Source of the DNA: Paraspadella gotoi
Taxonomy: Eukaryota > Animalia > Chaetognatha
DNA length: 64,000 nt
Direction of reading: 5' to 3'
NCBI GenBank assembly: GCA_051294375.1
Contig: CM119263.1
Coordinates: 23,851,413-23,915,412 of the forward strand
The notes under the pieces were generated by a model. It searched no databases, was not told the DNA's origin, and was given only the letters and a program-made list of their open reading frames with translations. Below, in pieces: positions 38,285 to 51,757 of the stretch. The position numbers and the translations under genes are program-made. Position 1 is the stretch's first letter. Each line of letters begins with the position of its first letter.

Positions 38285-40817
38285 TCTATCTATCTATCTA
38301 TCTATCTATCTAGTCTATCTATCCTATCTATCTATCTTTCTATCTATCTGTCTCTCTCTCTCTCATCTTCGTCTCTCTCTCTTCTCTCTCTCTTCTCTCT
38401 CTCTCGTCTCTCTCGTCTCTGTCTCTCTCTCTTAAATTATAACTAGAAATAAAAGCCTTATAAATATATATCTTTCTTTGGTTACAGAAAAATACGATGA
38501 TGTTATAAGAAGAATAAAACTATACGAATAAAAGACACGACGTATGATGAAGACGACTGAGAACGACGACGACGACGACCGACGTCTCGGGTCTTCTTCG
38601 GCCTCAGGCCTTTTCTCGCCAAAGATGGAATTGTTTTTGGAGAGAAGAGAAATTTGTCGCGAACGACGACGTCGACGATTCGTGTTAAGAACGAAGACTA
38701 TTTTTTTTTTCCAAGTCGAATCGAATTGTAGAGCCGACCAAAAGATCGGACCGACAACGTTCGAACCGACGCAGTTCGAACGCGAACAAAACGAAATTTG
38801 CTTCGAAAAAAAAAAAAAAAAAAAAATTTCCGCGCCATTTTCGTTTTTCCCGCGAGAGAACTTTTTTGTTCCGTCGAACAACGCCTCGTGGTCGCAAATG
38901 AGCCCTTTTGCTCCGGCAATCAAAACCCTTCCCTCTGGCAATCGAATCCTCCGCTCCCGGCAACCGATTTCTCCGCTCCGGCAAGGCCAATTCTCGACCG
39001 GCAAATGACGTCAAGCAGAGTCGATGGAAAAGCTGGCAACGCTACTTTTCGACCGACGGGGCGCCTGCTATCTGGAAAGCCAAGATAAGGAGAAACGGAA
39101 AAAAAAAAGGAAAGAAATAAAAAAAAAAAAAAAAGTGGAAAGGGAAAGAAAGCGACGCGACCGCGACCGGGAATTCTGTATCAGCGATTTTTCACGCACA
39201 TTCGCGAAAAAACAATGAAAACCTAGAATCGATTGAGACGCCGGGCGGGCGTGACGTTAGCTCCTTTTCCTGTCGTATCGCCATTGTCATAATTCGACTA
39301 GCTTCCTTTTTAACTGCTACTTCCTTCTGCGCATGCGCTGATCGCCGAGTTAGTTGTAAAAGTTTTCAATTGGACGCGTTAATATGACAAAGCTTGACGA
39401 AGCTTACCTTCGACTTTAACTTAAACGGATTTATTCGGTCAACACATGAACAACATGAAAGCAAAATGAATAATCAATCATAATAACGTCGATCAAAATA
39501 ACTACGCAATCTCGATATCAACGAATCGTCTTCGTCGTCTCTTCGTCACGAACGACATCTTCACCAGAAGTGACGCGCTCTCATCAGGGCAAGAGTGAGA
39601 GGAGGAGGGAAATGGTTACGGCGGGAAGCGAGTTCGGTCCCGAGACGTCAAATCGACTTCCGTTTTTTTTCTGCTCCATAGGTTAGTTTGAAGTGTCTAA
39701 CTCGCGTCGGTCCTGTTGCGGAGAGAGAAGAGAGAAGATAGAGAGAGAGAGAGAGAGAGAGAGAAGAGAGAAGAGAGAGAGAAGAAGAGAAGAGAGAGAG
39801 AGAGAACACTTTGTCCATCGGCATTTTCCGGCATTCTCTCTTCTTCTTTTTTTTTCCACGGCACTGGAGACCCGGACGCCCTCTTCGGCGCCGACACGAA
39901 GGACCACGCCCATCGGTCGTACTACGGACTCGGCGAGAGACGGCACGAGGGGGCTATGCGGAGGGGCGCTGCCGGCCGGCCAACCACGCTGCGCGCCCGC
40001 TTGCCCGGCCGCTGCCGCCGCTGCCCTCTTCCGGCCTTCGAGAGAGACGTGACGAGGTTGAGAGGAATGCGGTTCCGGTTTGGGACGCTTAAATTCCCAC
40101 TTTTTTCTCTCTCTTCCTCTCTCGGTGGAGGAAAGAAATCTGCGATAAAACAGATTTAAACACACGTTACAGTAAAGATTTCGATTAAATGACCAACATA
40201 ATTAATTAAATTTATGTGGATTTAGACAAGTTTTTATGCTCGCCACATTTCTTTTCATTTCAAACTCCGATACCTACGAAGCAAATCCTCCATAGTTTTT
40301 ACGGAAAATTCCTTCCCTCAGTCTTCCACTTTTTTTCATTTTCTGCTCGACTCAAACGGACTCGAAATATTTTTAATGAAATAATTAACCTCCAGTAATT
40401 TGGATTTTTTTTTCCCTTACGGTCATCCTACCGTCGCCAATCCAGTATCCGCTCCTTGCTCATCTACTCCAGGACTCGTCGTCATGCATGTCTTTTCGCC
40501 CCCCTTTTTGCGCCCCCACTCCTCCCTTTCTTTTTACCAACAAAATGGCTCCTTCCGTACCACCTTTTCAAAACCACCCAGACAACCGTCGCGTCCTTTG
40601 AATTCGGACGCATGCCCCGCATGAAAAACCGTTTTTCGTCTCCTTGACGACGTGGTGCGTGGCCGAGGGAACCGGAAGTGGCGACGGGATCTTGACAGAC
40701 GAGTCTCGCGGTTTTCTCTCTCTCTCTCATCTCTCTCTCTGTCTCTCTGCTCTCTCTCTCTCTCCGAGCTCTCTCTCTCTCTCCCCTCTCCTCATCTCCT
40801 CTTCTCTCTGCTCTTTC
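32798..40817 (+). repeat. Copy 4 of the ~7.9 kb unit; probable gap-fill artefact
   Basis: Same start string, identical translations to copy 3, ends at the 25-N junction 40818-40842. Confidence 0.9.
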
Positions 40818-41820
40818 NNNNNNNNNNNNNNNNNNNNNNNNNTTTCTTCAGCCGAGGCTCGCTCGGGAGGTGGAGTCTTGAAAAAAAAGGGGATATAAAT
40901 CTGAAACGTGATAAAAGTCGACAAGAGACGTTGAGCTTTGGATGAAACTCGAGGGGAAATACTTATGCCGAGCGCAGCGCCGGCGCCGCGACCTCTCGTC
41001 TACGTAGCGCCGCCCCAGCGTCTCCACGTCTACGTCACGCCGAGACGCCGCGACCCCGCGTCTGCGTAGCGTGAGACGAAAAAAAATAAAAATAAATCGG
41101 GTAACAAGAGTAATCTAACCGACGAACCCGAGAAATTAACTGCGCGACGCTGAGCCTACGATCAAACTTCGTCGCTCTCTACTCTTTTTCGTCGCGCGAA
41201 CGAATAAACGACATGTTATTCCGCTCGGCGTTACGTCAGCAATTATCGTCGTTGCCAAGGTGATTTGGTAAACACGTCGTCGACGACCGGAGCGCTCTCC
41301 TCAAATAAATAACCGTTTTTCGGATTCTGCTTTTATTCGTTCTGTCGCCTGCGCCGCCGCGGCCGCCGTCGCCGCTCCAGCGTCGAAGACAGATTTACGC
41401 GCGGCGCGTTGAGCTCCCTGCGTTCTACGTTCTCAGACAATGTCTCCATGCCAGCCCTGCTTGTCACAATGGCGCAAGGCTTCATCTCAGAGCCACGCAA
41501 CTTTCCTTTTTCTTCCTCTCTTTTTCTTTTCTTTTTTTTTTCCCTTTTTTTTTCTTTGCTCCTTTCTTTCCTCGCGTCATCAGAGCTGCGGAATAAGAGG
41601 AGCAAGGCGGGCTGGAGTTGAAAGGGAGGAGCAAAGGAATAAGGAGAGAGAAAGAATCTCGCCGAGAAGATTATTTATGAAATTCGAAAAAAATTTGAAT
41701 AAAAACGTGGGAGTGAAAACTCTTTTTGGAAAAAAAAATGCAGTTCGACTCGAAAAACAAATAAGAGAAACAAATTGCGGAATATTTAATATTTAAACCG
41801 CGCAAAACAAAAACCAAAGA

Positions 41821-41911
<91 letters not shown>

Positions 41912-43479
41912 TTAAAACGAAATCCTTAAATAAATAAATAAGAATGACAAATATTGAAGAAAAATCCCCACAATAACGGCATAGAAGCCTAACTAAATTT
42001 GTTTTGCTCAAAGAACAAAAGAAAAAATAATAAAATTAATAAAAAAAATAAAAGGAGGATGCATCAAATGATGAGAGTGAGGAAAAAAAGAAAAGCTGCC
42101 TAAGATGATGCGGTAAAGTGTGAAAAAGGTGGAAGAGAGAGAGAGAGAGGGAGAGAAGAATACCCGAGAGATGAGAGCAGAGAGGAGAGAGCAGAGAGAG
42201 AGAGAACTTGAATTGAATTGAAGCTGAACAGTACATGACCCTGGACAGCAAACTAGTACTCTAAGAGCGTCTTTTGTTTCGTTCTTAAAATACCATCATA
42301 CTCTGTATCAAACCGCGACGAATGTCACCTAAAGTCGATTCGATTCACTTAAATTCTGCTGTTCAATTTGTTTTCCAAACCGTTCTTCAAATCGACTCTC
42401 AATCAGCTAACATCGAGCAATAACCCAATTTTGGATATAAGTTACATCTAATCAAGCTAGAAACCTATTCAATTGTCAGGTGATTTTTCACAAAATAGAG
42501 ACAATTTTTTTTTTCTTTTTCATTCGGTTTTTGTTTTTTTTGGTCTTTTTTGCGTTTTTTTCTTTTTTGCTGTGCTCTTTTTTTTCTTTTTTTTTTTTTT
42601 TTTTTTCTCTCAAGTAACCATACATTTGAAAACATTCACAAATTAAGATTAAGGCTACATATTAAAACTCTCCTTAATCATTGTTAACAAGAAAACAGTA
42701 GAATAACAAATATCACAGGATAATTGTGAGAATTACAATCTTTCTAAAACAATCATGCAAGGTTTACAAATCGAGTTTTGCTGGAAAACGATTTCCCAAT
42801 GGCCAGGAAACGTTGGTGGTCTCCTTCATCATATTCCTTCTTAATTGATGTCATCAAACCAGGTCATTTTTTCCAAACGATTATTTAGGACCTTTTCCGT
42901 GCTTAAGTTGAACAGACGTTTCTGATTAGATTGGCATGTGCTTGCTCTGCCATCAAGAACAGTCGCATTAGCAGTATGATTGGTTAAGATCTAGAAATTT
43001 TCCTATAAAGTTTGTCTACTTTTTCCCATGATCGTTGTCATTGTTTATCCTAAGCAATGCTTGAATATTGAAGCATTGACACTGTGAGATGATTGTACAC
43101 AGTCATTACGAATTTTGTGATTTGTTGTCACTTAGGTTCTTTGCCAGTCTTTTCGACATCATTATTGATTTTTAGACCAAGCCTTAGAGATAAGCTGAAT
43201 CGACTGTAGCTTGCTCCAGCCTTAGTCATCCTATCAATCATCCATAAACGGGGCATGCGTTCCTGCATGACGTAATCATCACCGATTTTGAGTTTCATAA
43301 AATTCATTCCATAGCTGCGTTTTGCGACCTCCTTCTCACCTGAACAAATGTGTATACTATTATTGATCCTAACCCCTGTATAGGGATCTTCAAATTACCT
43401 GCCATTTATCGCTACGACTATACTACTTCTAGGACTTGGTTGAAGTCTTTTTTGGCTGCAATTTTGCAAACCTGCATTT

Positions 43480-43817
43480 ACCGGAACCTTGCCCCAATTT
43501 ACTTGATAGTAGGCATTGTGTCATCTTAAGCATATTTTGCACTTCCTTACACTCTATGGAATGCCAGGCAAGTCTTCAAACGTACGAGAACAAAGAGTCT
43601 GGCCTCAATATGTGTATCCTTATGCCTAATGTGAGAACACCTGGCGTTCCCCTAGCATACTTTAGTTCAGATTTTCTAATCCTGCACGTCCTCAATACGT
43701 TCATCACTTCTCCCATTCAGATAAGAATAACCATTTTTAGAATCGAAATGTAATCGTATATATCTCCGGGCAACCTTTATCTTCTTAAACTATCTCTCCT
43801 CTCATGCTCTTCTCTTT
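43480..43817 (-). mobile_element. Possible degraded CR1/L2-clade LINE ORF2 C-terminal remnant
   Basis: Minus strand starts EKSMRGEI, loosely like the RRxRGD(L/M)I motif, in a block of coding-like composition; heavily frameshifted. Confidence 0.2.
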
Positions 43818-44117
43818 NNNNNNNNNNNNNNNNNNNNNNNNNCGAGCCGAGTCTCCTCTTAGCCTTTTTACATCTCGAACGATACGTTCGACAAACCACT
43901 CCACGTTCCCCCCTCGAACCTCCCCGAACCCCCAGGCATTTGAAACTCCCTTCCCTCATCCTTCGTCTGCGCCTCCTTTCGGCGCGCGTCGGCAAACGAC
44001 CTCACGCGCCGTCGGAAACAACGTGACAATCGATTTCGTACGCGGAACAAATTTCGCCGAAATTTTTGAGGAAAAACTGACGCCCGATCCTGGCGCGGAT
44101 TGAACGAGGGTTGCTGC

Positions 44118-44302
44118 GGATTGAAGGAGGTTTGGCCTGGATCGAAGGAATTTTGGCCTGGATCGAAGGAAGTTTGGCCTAGATTGAAGGAAGTTTGGCC
44201 TGGATCGAAGGAAGTTTGGCCTGGATTGAAGGAAGTTTGGCCTAGATTGAAGGAAGTTTGGCCTGGATTGAAGGAGGTTTGGCCTGGATCGAAGGAAGTT
44301 TG
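44118..44302 (+). repeat. 21-bp minisatellite GGAT(T/C)GAAGGAAGTTTGGCCT, 8 full units plus a partial unit
   Basis: Direct reading; explains the SRPNFLQ / KEVWPG repeat ORFs; degenerate units continue on both sides. Confidence 0.95.
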
Positions 44303-47079
44303 ACGTAAATTGAAGAAGGGTTGGCGTGGATTGAATCCTCACGGATTTACTGTTGGCGTGGATTCAAGGATGTTGGCGCGGATTTTAGGTGATTGACGCG
44401 GATAGAAGGAAGTTAAAGCGTATGGGCACTTGGGGGTCATTGAATGCGCGTTTAAAAGGAAGTGGTGTTTGGATGATAGGATTAAAGAAATTAAAGAAAC
44501 TTGTCACCTTCACCTACAAACAATTTTTTTTCGACACATTTGATCGAACAAAAAAAAATATCTAACTCGTGGACGCATCATTTAATCGACCATCAGCGAA
44601 TAATTTATGATTAAGCGAAAGCTTTTTATCCAATCAACGTTCGACTGAAAAAAAAAAATTAAATTAACCAAACGAGCGAAATAAAAACAAATGAACAAAT
44701 GAAAAAACTGAAAAACTTACAAAAGCAATTCTGTTTTATTTATTTATTTACGTTTTTGATCGTTGATTTAAAAAATAAGACAAGAATATTTTAATAAAGA
44801 GCGAAGCCAAATTTGCAATTCCATCTCGAATACAAAAGACGTTGCTCGATCGATGACAAAATTCGCGCGAATGCTGAAACGACGGTGACGTCCCCCCCTG
44901 GGGGAGGGAAAGAAACGGGGGGCGTGGCAATTACAGGCGCGCGAATTAACGCAAATCTCGCCTTCTGTTCAACGAGCTTTCCATTCCAGGGGCCTCGAAA
45001 TAAAAAAAAAACCCGGATGTTTAATGACAACCGCAGACGTCCCCCCGGATGTAATTACGACTAAAGAAATTCAAGGATGTAAACTGCGGAACGTTTCGAC
45101 CATCAAGGATTGACAAATCCGATGCGATATCAAAAAAAATAAAAGAACCTTGTTTAAATTTTGGATTTATAAAATAAATATGTTCTAAGATTTAAAACGC
45201 TGAGGATTTACGGCGCCGCCAAAGTCTTGGCTCGGATTTATTTTCTCTCCTCGCGTCAAACTCGAACGCGGATTTAATGAAAGCGCGAAAAATCCCGGAT
45301 TTAAAACGGATCACCGGATCGATAACGAGGCTCAAAAAGGTGAGTCAATTTAATTTTAATGGGCTATTTTCCACAAATCAATGACTAAAGTTATTTTAAA
45401 AAGAAGCAGAAGAAACTTTTTTTTTCTATTACATGTTACGTTTCTCCGTTGTTTCCGTCTCTCGCAATCCGCCTCTTCGTCCTCCTTGCTTTTTCTCATT
45501 ATGTTTGGTGTTATTGTCATTCTTCATCATTGCTGTCAACATCTTGCTGTCGTTAGTTGTTGTCATGGCTTTCTTAGATCTTTTTTTTTTGTTGCTCGTT
45601 TCTTCGCTGCCTTTTTCCGTCGTCGTCGTCATTGTCGTCGTCGCACGTCGTCGTCGTCGTCCAAGTCGATTAAGGTCCTCAACCTTTCGAAGAATTTGTG
45701 CCTCGCCCCTTTTTTTTCGATATTTCTTTTCTTTCTATAATCTTCTTTCCTCCATTGCCTTCTCCATTAGTCATCCTCCTTTTTCACCTTTTCTTCGCTC
45801 TCACGTTTTTCTATTCATCATTCACGTCTTTCTTTTATCTTTTCTATCACAATTTCCGAGAGTCTCTTTTCTTTACTTCATTACAATTTCCAGGTTTCAT
45901 TTTCTTCTTTTTTTTGTGTGTGTGTGTGTCACCTGTTTGTCTGGCAACGAGGAACAGTTCTCAGCTGCTCCTACCTCCGCTGCGACTTTTATCATTTTCA
46001 CTTCATCCTCTGCCCACATCTCCAACCATTATTAATCCACATTCCCTTCAACCTCTACTAATTTCGCTCCTCCTCCTCCCCGCGATGCTCCTACATTCTT
46101 AGCAACCTCCTCCCCGCTGCTTCTAAATCTTCCACCCACCTCCCCCCTCCCCTGCTGCTCCTACATCTTTAACAACACCTCTAACCTTCGTGCGTTTCGT
46201 TTTACATCTCCGTCCGTTCCTCCCTTTTTTTTTCTTTTTCTCTCCTTTTTTTCTAATTTTTCTTCCTCCCTTTGCTTTCCTCTTTCTTTCCTTTTCTACT
46301 CGATGGAAATTTCAAGTTCCGAGTATTTTTTTTACCATTTTCCATTTGTTTGTTTCGGCTACGTTTGTTAAAGTGGAAAAAGAAATGTTCCTCATTTTCT
46401 TTCTCATTAAGATAAAGGTAATCTTTTTTAAAAACGCCAAAGAAAGAAGAGAGGAAGAGGAGAGCTGGAGAGAGAGAGAGAGATGAATGAGAGAAGAGAG
46501 AGAGAGGAGAGAGAGAGAGCAAGAGAGGAGAGAGAGAGAGAGAGAGAGTAGATGAGATGAGAGAGAGAGAGAGAATCTTGTACTGAGGATTAAAAAAGCC
46601 ATTGATTTGTTCGAAGCAGAAGAAAAAGCGAAAGAGAGAGAAGAATTTCAAATCGATTTTCTTTAAGAAGAGGCGGAGGAGAAAAGGGGGCGAGATGGAA
46701 GAAGTACAAAAGGCGGCAGAAGACAATGAAAGAAGAAAGAAATAAAGAAAAAGAAAAAAAAAAGAATGAAGTAAGAAATAAAGAAAGAAGAAAAGACATT
46801 TTCCCGACGCGTTATCGACGTCAACGCTCGAAAAAAGAGAAGGCGCCCGCGCGTCGAGGACGAGGACCCGGTTATTTCTCTCATTAAGCTCGATGCCGGG
46901 CCTCATTGCGAAGATGCCGAGGAAAAGATGCTTTAAAAAAAAAAAAAAAAAATGTTTAAAAAGAAGAGAAAACGTTGAGGAGGGATTTCTCGGGCAGGCG
47001 AGGAATTTAAAAGAACCGAAGAAAATGGAAAAGAAACTTGATCGCAAAAGTAATTGCAAAGATGGACTTGATCGCATCG

Positions 47080-47187
<108 letters not shown>

Positions 47188-48292
47188 CTTTGATAACTCT
47201 TGAGATTAAAAAATAAAAATCTCTTTGAAATGTGGGAAATTAAAACTCTGCTGATGTTTGTTCTTCAAATCTTCATATAAAACCAGGAAATTTTTATCAG
47301 TGTGTAATATTAATGCATAATTCGGTTGATTCTACTCCTTTTGGCAAAATTTATTTCATTTAAAAAACGATACATTTATAATTTTCAACTAATATAAACA
47401 TTATGAAACAGACGCGCGCGGAAAGCGACTCGATGTGCGACACACGAAACAAAAAAAATTCCGTTTTAGTCGTCGTCGTCGTCGTCGTCGTCAGACCTAA
47501 CAGCAACACGCAAAACGATCGTCGATCGGCGCACAAAACGCCGTAATTATCGGGACACAAAAACGACGCGAAGAATCGATAAACGAAACGCATCCGCGAA
47601 AACGAGACGAAACATTTTCCCCGTTTTCTTCGTTTCGACCTCCCCGCCCCGCCCCGCCCCCCAATCGCGGGAGAGCGGGCTCCATACGGCGGGAAAATCC
47701 ATCATTTGTTGTTGATGTTTTAGCGGAGATCAAATATTTTATTGCTCTCCTCTTTTCCGTCCATATCTTTTTTTTTCTCCCTCATCTTATTTTCTTTTTT
47801 TTACTGTTTTCTTTTAGTTTTACGTATATATACTTATATACTTAAATGTACTTATATATATTTTCTTTCCTTCTTTTTCTATTTCTTTATTTTTTTTTTT
47901 TCATTTTCTCTCCCCACTCTCTTTTCTCGATCGGGTCACTTTCCACGCTGAGTTTACCTTGGCCCACACAGCCCCATAAACCAAAAAGTGACCTCTGAAA
48001 TTACAATCCCCTTCCCCTCGACTTCTTCGAAGCTCTCGACTCTCTTCTCCTCCAGCACGCTTCCTCCCCTCAACTTCCCACCCTTCACCCACTATCGTAT
48101 CAAAGCGCAACCCCGCCACCCATTCCCACCTCCTACGAGGCGCCCCTGGGGGCGTCCTTTTCTCCCGCGACTTTAATCAACTTTTGTGACGTTTTAAAGG
48201 ACCGCTCCTCTTCGCCTTTCGACTTTTCCCCGCCCCATCTTTCCATCCTTTACCCTCTCCCCGCCACTCTGGATTTCCTCCCCCCCCCCCGG

Positions 48293-50642
48293 ACCTCGAA
48301 CGCTGCGCTAATTTCGGAACTGCTTTTTTTACGTTTCCGAGGTCGGAGATCTACGAAGAATCTTCTTCGAGCGAAAGGGTGGTTGAAGATGACGGCCGCT
48401 GTGGCGGAAAAAATCTGGAAATATGAAGTGTTAATTGTAGCGTGTTTCACTGTTTCAGCTGTATGAATGAAAGTTGCTGGTTACGCTATAACTTGTCGAA
48501 TACTAACTCGGGTCAAAGAGTCTACCCAGTTCTTAAAAAATATTATCGGCGTCTTTTCATTACCGAAAGTAAAATACAAGGCTGAATATTATTGCGCTCC
48601 ATCTGAATGATTGAAGAGGAAAACACACGAGCAGAGAAAGTACGAACTCGAAAGTCAAGTCGAAACTTAGTGTTCATGTAGATAGGTTGAAAAGAACGGA
48701 AAAGACAACAGAGATTAGGCTTGGGGGTACGACGGAAATTCACAAAAAAAAAAAAAAAAAAAAAAGAAAGCAAGAAGAAAAAGAGAAAGATGAGGCAAAC
48801 TGCTGAAGTTCCCTCGCGGCACAAAGGCCCAGAGATTTGGTTAAGTGCGTACGAGGAATCCGGAGAGGGGAAATTTTTATATCGAAGGCATGATGAAGAT
48901 GACGATGAGAGGACGATGAGGAGGACGAGTTCGGTTGTCTGGCTCGTCGTTTTGACCTCCGGATTCGTCACCCTATGGGATTGCTTCGACTTCGCCTCCA
49001 TTTCTTGCGGCTTAATCCGTCAACGGACGAAGGCCAAAAACTGCGAAATTCGTTGCGCCGAGAAGAAGAGGAAGTCGCATCCGATCTTCTGTTCGAAATT
49101 CGGATCACGTGTTCTCGGAAAGGGAGTTACTTCAAAATGCTGCTTCTAAAATATATATGCCGAAATATGGCAGGGGAAAAAAGATGTAAAATAAAATAAT
49201 AATACTTTGGAGAGTTTGTTGTTTGTTTACGCGGAACTGTTTGCTGTCACTGAACCAGAGCCCAGCCTTTGGACGCAGATATGAATAAAATCGTTTATTT
49301 AAAATCTATCAGTCCAAAAAAATTTCGCCGTGTTTTCCATTAAAAACAGGAAAAATAATAAATTAATATTATAGGGGAATCTATCTCGATATATCTTATA
49401 GCATTATTTTTCCCGGTTTGTTGTAAATTTCATTCTATTGTGTCGATATGGTATCAANNNNNNNNNNNNNNNNNNNNNNNNNACCTCGACGCTGCCTAAT
49501 TTCGGAACTGCTTTTAGTTCCCGAGGTCGGGGAGATCTACGAAGAATCTTCTTCGAGCGAAAGGGTGTTTGAAAATGAGACGGCGCTGTGCGGAAAAAAT
49601 CTGGAAATATGAAGTGTTAATTGTAAGCGTGTTTCACTGTTTCAGCGTATGAATGAAAGTTGCTGGTTACGCTAAAACTTGTCGAATACTAACTCGGTAG
49701 CAAAGAGTCTACCCAGTTCTTAAAAATATATTATCGTTCGTTTTCATTACCGAAAGTATAAATAACAAGGCTGATATTTTTGCGCTCCTCTTGAATGATT
49801 GAGGAAAACACACGAGCGAGAAAGTACGAACTCGAAAGTCAAAGTCGAAACTTAGTGTTCATGTGGGAAGTTGAAAGTCGGAAAAGAAAACAGAGATTAG
49901 GCTTGGGTCTAGGGAGGGAAAATGGAAGACGGAAATTCAAAAAAAAAAAAAAAAAAGAAAGAAGAAGAAAAAGAGAAAGATGAGGCAAAACTGCTGAAGT
50001 TCCTCCGGGCACAAAGGCCAGAGATTTTGGGTTAAGTTGCGTACGAGGGAATCCGGAGGAGGGGGAGATTTTTATATCGAAGGATGATGAAGATGACGAT
50101 GAGAATGACGATGAGGAGGACGAGTTTCGGTTGTCTGGTCTCGTTTGATCTCCGGATTCGTCACCCATGAATTGCTTCGACTTCGCCCCATTTCTTCGGC
50201 TTAATCCGCTCAACGCGACGAAGGCCAAAACTGCGAAATTCGTTGCGCGAGAAGAAGAGGAAGTCGCGATCGATCTTCTTGTTCGAAATTCGGATCACGT
50301 GTTCTCGGAAAGGGAGTGACTTCAAAATGCTGCTTCTAAAATATATATGCCGAATAATGGAGGGAAAAAAGATGTAAATAAATAATAATACTTTGGAGAG
50401 TTTGTTGTTTGTTTACGCGGAACTGTTTGCTGTAACTGAAACAGAGACAGCCTTTGGGGCGAGATATTGAATAAAATCGGCTATTTAAACTCTATCAGTA
50501 AAACAATTTTCGCGTGTTTTCATTAAAAACAGGAAAAATAATAAATTTAATAACTATACAGGCAATCTATCTCTATATAATCTTATTAGCATTATTTTTC
50601 CTCGTGTTAAAATTCATTCTATTGTGGTCGATAGGGTATCAA
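48293..50642 (+). repeat. Direct duplication of ~1.16 kb (48293-49457 and 49483-50642) around a 25-N junction; unmerged overlap
   Basis: Both halves start ACCTCGA..GCTGC..TAATTTCGGAACTGC and end ..GGTATCAA; differences are mostly 1-bp indels. Confidence 0.9.
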
Positions 50643-51445
50643 ATTATAAAAATAATTAGCTATAAAGTTCTTATTCGTAATCGCATTATCATTGAAGTTG
50701 AATCAGACGTCGTCTATTTCAGGTTATCTCAGCTACATACAATACGACTATTTTTATTATTTTTCTGCTCAAACAGCAGGAACCTAAAACAAATAAGCCC
50801 GGTTAAAAACAAGCTGAACAAAAGGCTGTTTCGCCTCGGCTCAAAAAAAAAAGAAGCTCTTCCAGTCTTTCTCCTTAAAGTAAAAGGGTCAACAAGGTAA
50901 GAGACTTCGTGTCTCCCAGCGCACCCCAAATCTGTGGCGGCGTGGGCGGAGGGACCACGGCGGCGTTGGGTGGCGGTGAGAGGTGAAAGAGGTCGGGAAG
51001 CCACGGAGGATAGGGAGGCGTGGCCTGCCTCCCAAAAAAGGAAATAAAGAAGATGAGCGGTTAAAATGGTATTGGGAGAGGATGAAAGGAGGAAGAGGGG
51101 GATGGAAAAGGAGAAAAAGGAAACGGAACTAAACCTCAGAGGGAACATTGAAAGGAAAAATATGAAAAAAAGAAAGAGAGAAAGAAAAGAAGAAAGAAAG
51201 AAAGAAAGAAGAAGAAAAAAAAGAAAAAAAAAAAGAAAGAAAGAAAAGAAAGAAGAAGAAAGAAGAAAATGAAAAAGGAGGAATGGAAAAAGAAAGTGGG
51301 AAAGAACTAACTAGAAAGGCGGAAAGGTAGCAGTGAGATGGAGAGAGAGAAGGAAAGATTAAAAGAAGAGAAAAAAAAAGTGAGGCCTTTTCTCTTCGGG
51401 TTCCTGGTTTTAAGGGGCGAAGCTCCTCAGCTCGTTTCTAACGCA

Positions 51446-51539
<94 letters not shown>

Positions 51540-51757
51540 AGTTTTTTTCGTGTAAACAAACGTTTTTCGCCTTTCGATACAGAATCTCCCAAGGGAAACA
51601 CCTTCTCAGCTTTTTGATTAAAGTCGGCGACAGTTAAGTCGACGTCAGACAAATGAGTTTAGAGGAATTCCGACGCCGTAGATGCAGCAGATGCCGCTGA
51701 TGCCGTTGATGCTGTCAATGTAGGAGACGATTGCAAATTTTGTAAGATTTCTGAACG

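Noticed and set aside
44118-44302. Regular repeats as a CRISPR array or repeat protein
   Set aside because: Head-to-tail 21-bp units with no unique spacers, eukaryotic context, and both strands open simply because the unit is a multiple of 3
45085-45125. GGTCGAAACGTT on the minus strand resembling a hammerhead 3' half
   Set aside because: No CTGANGA box or stem II partner upstream
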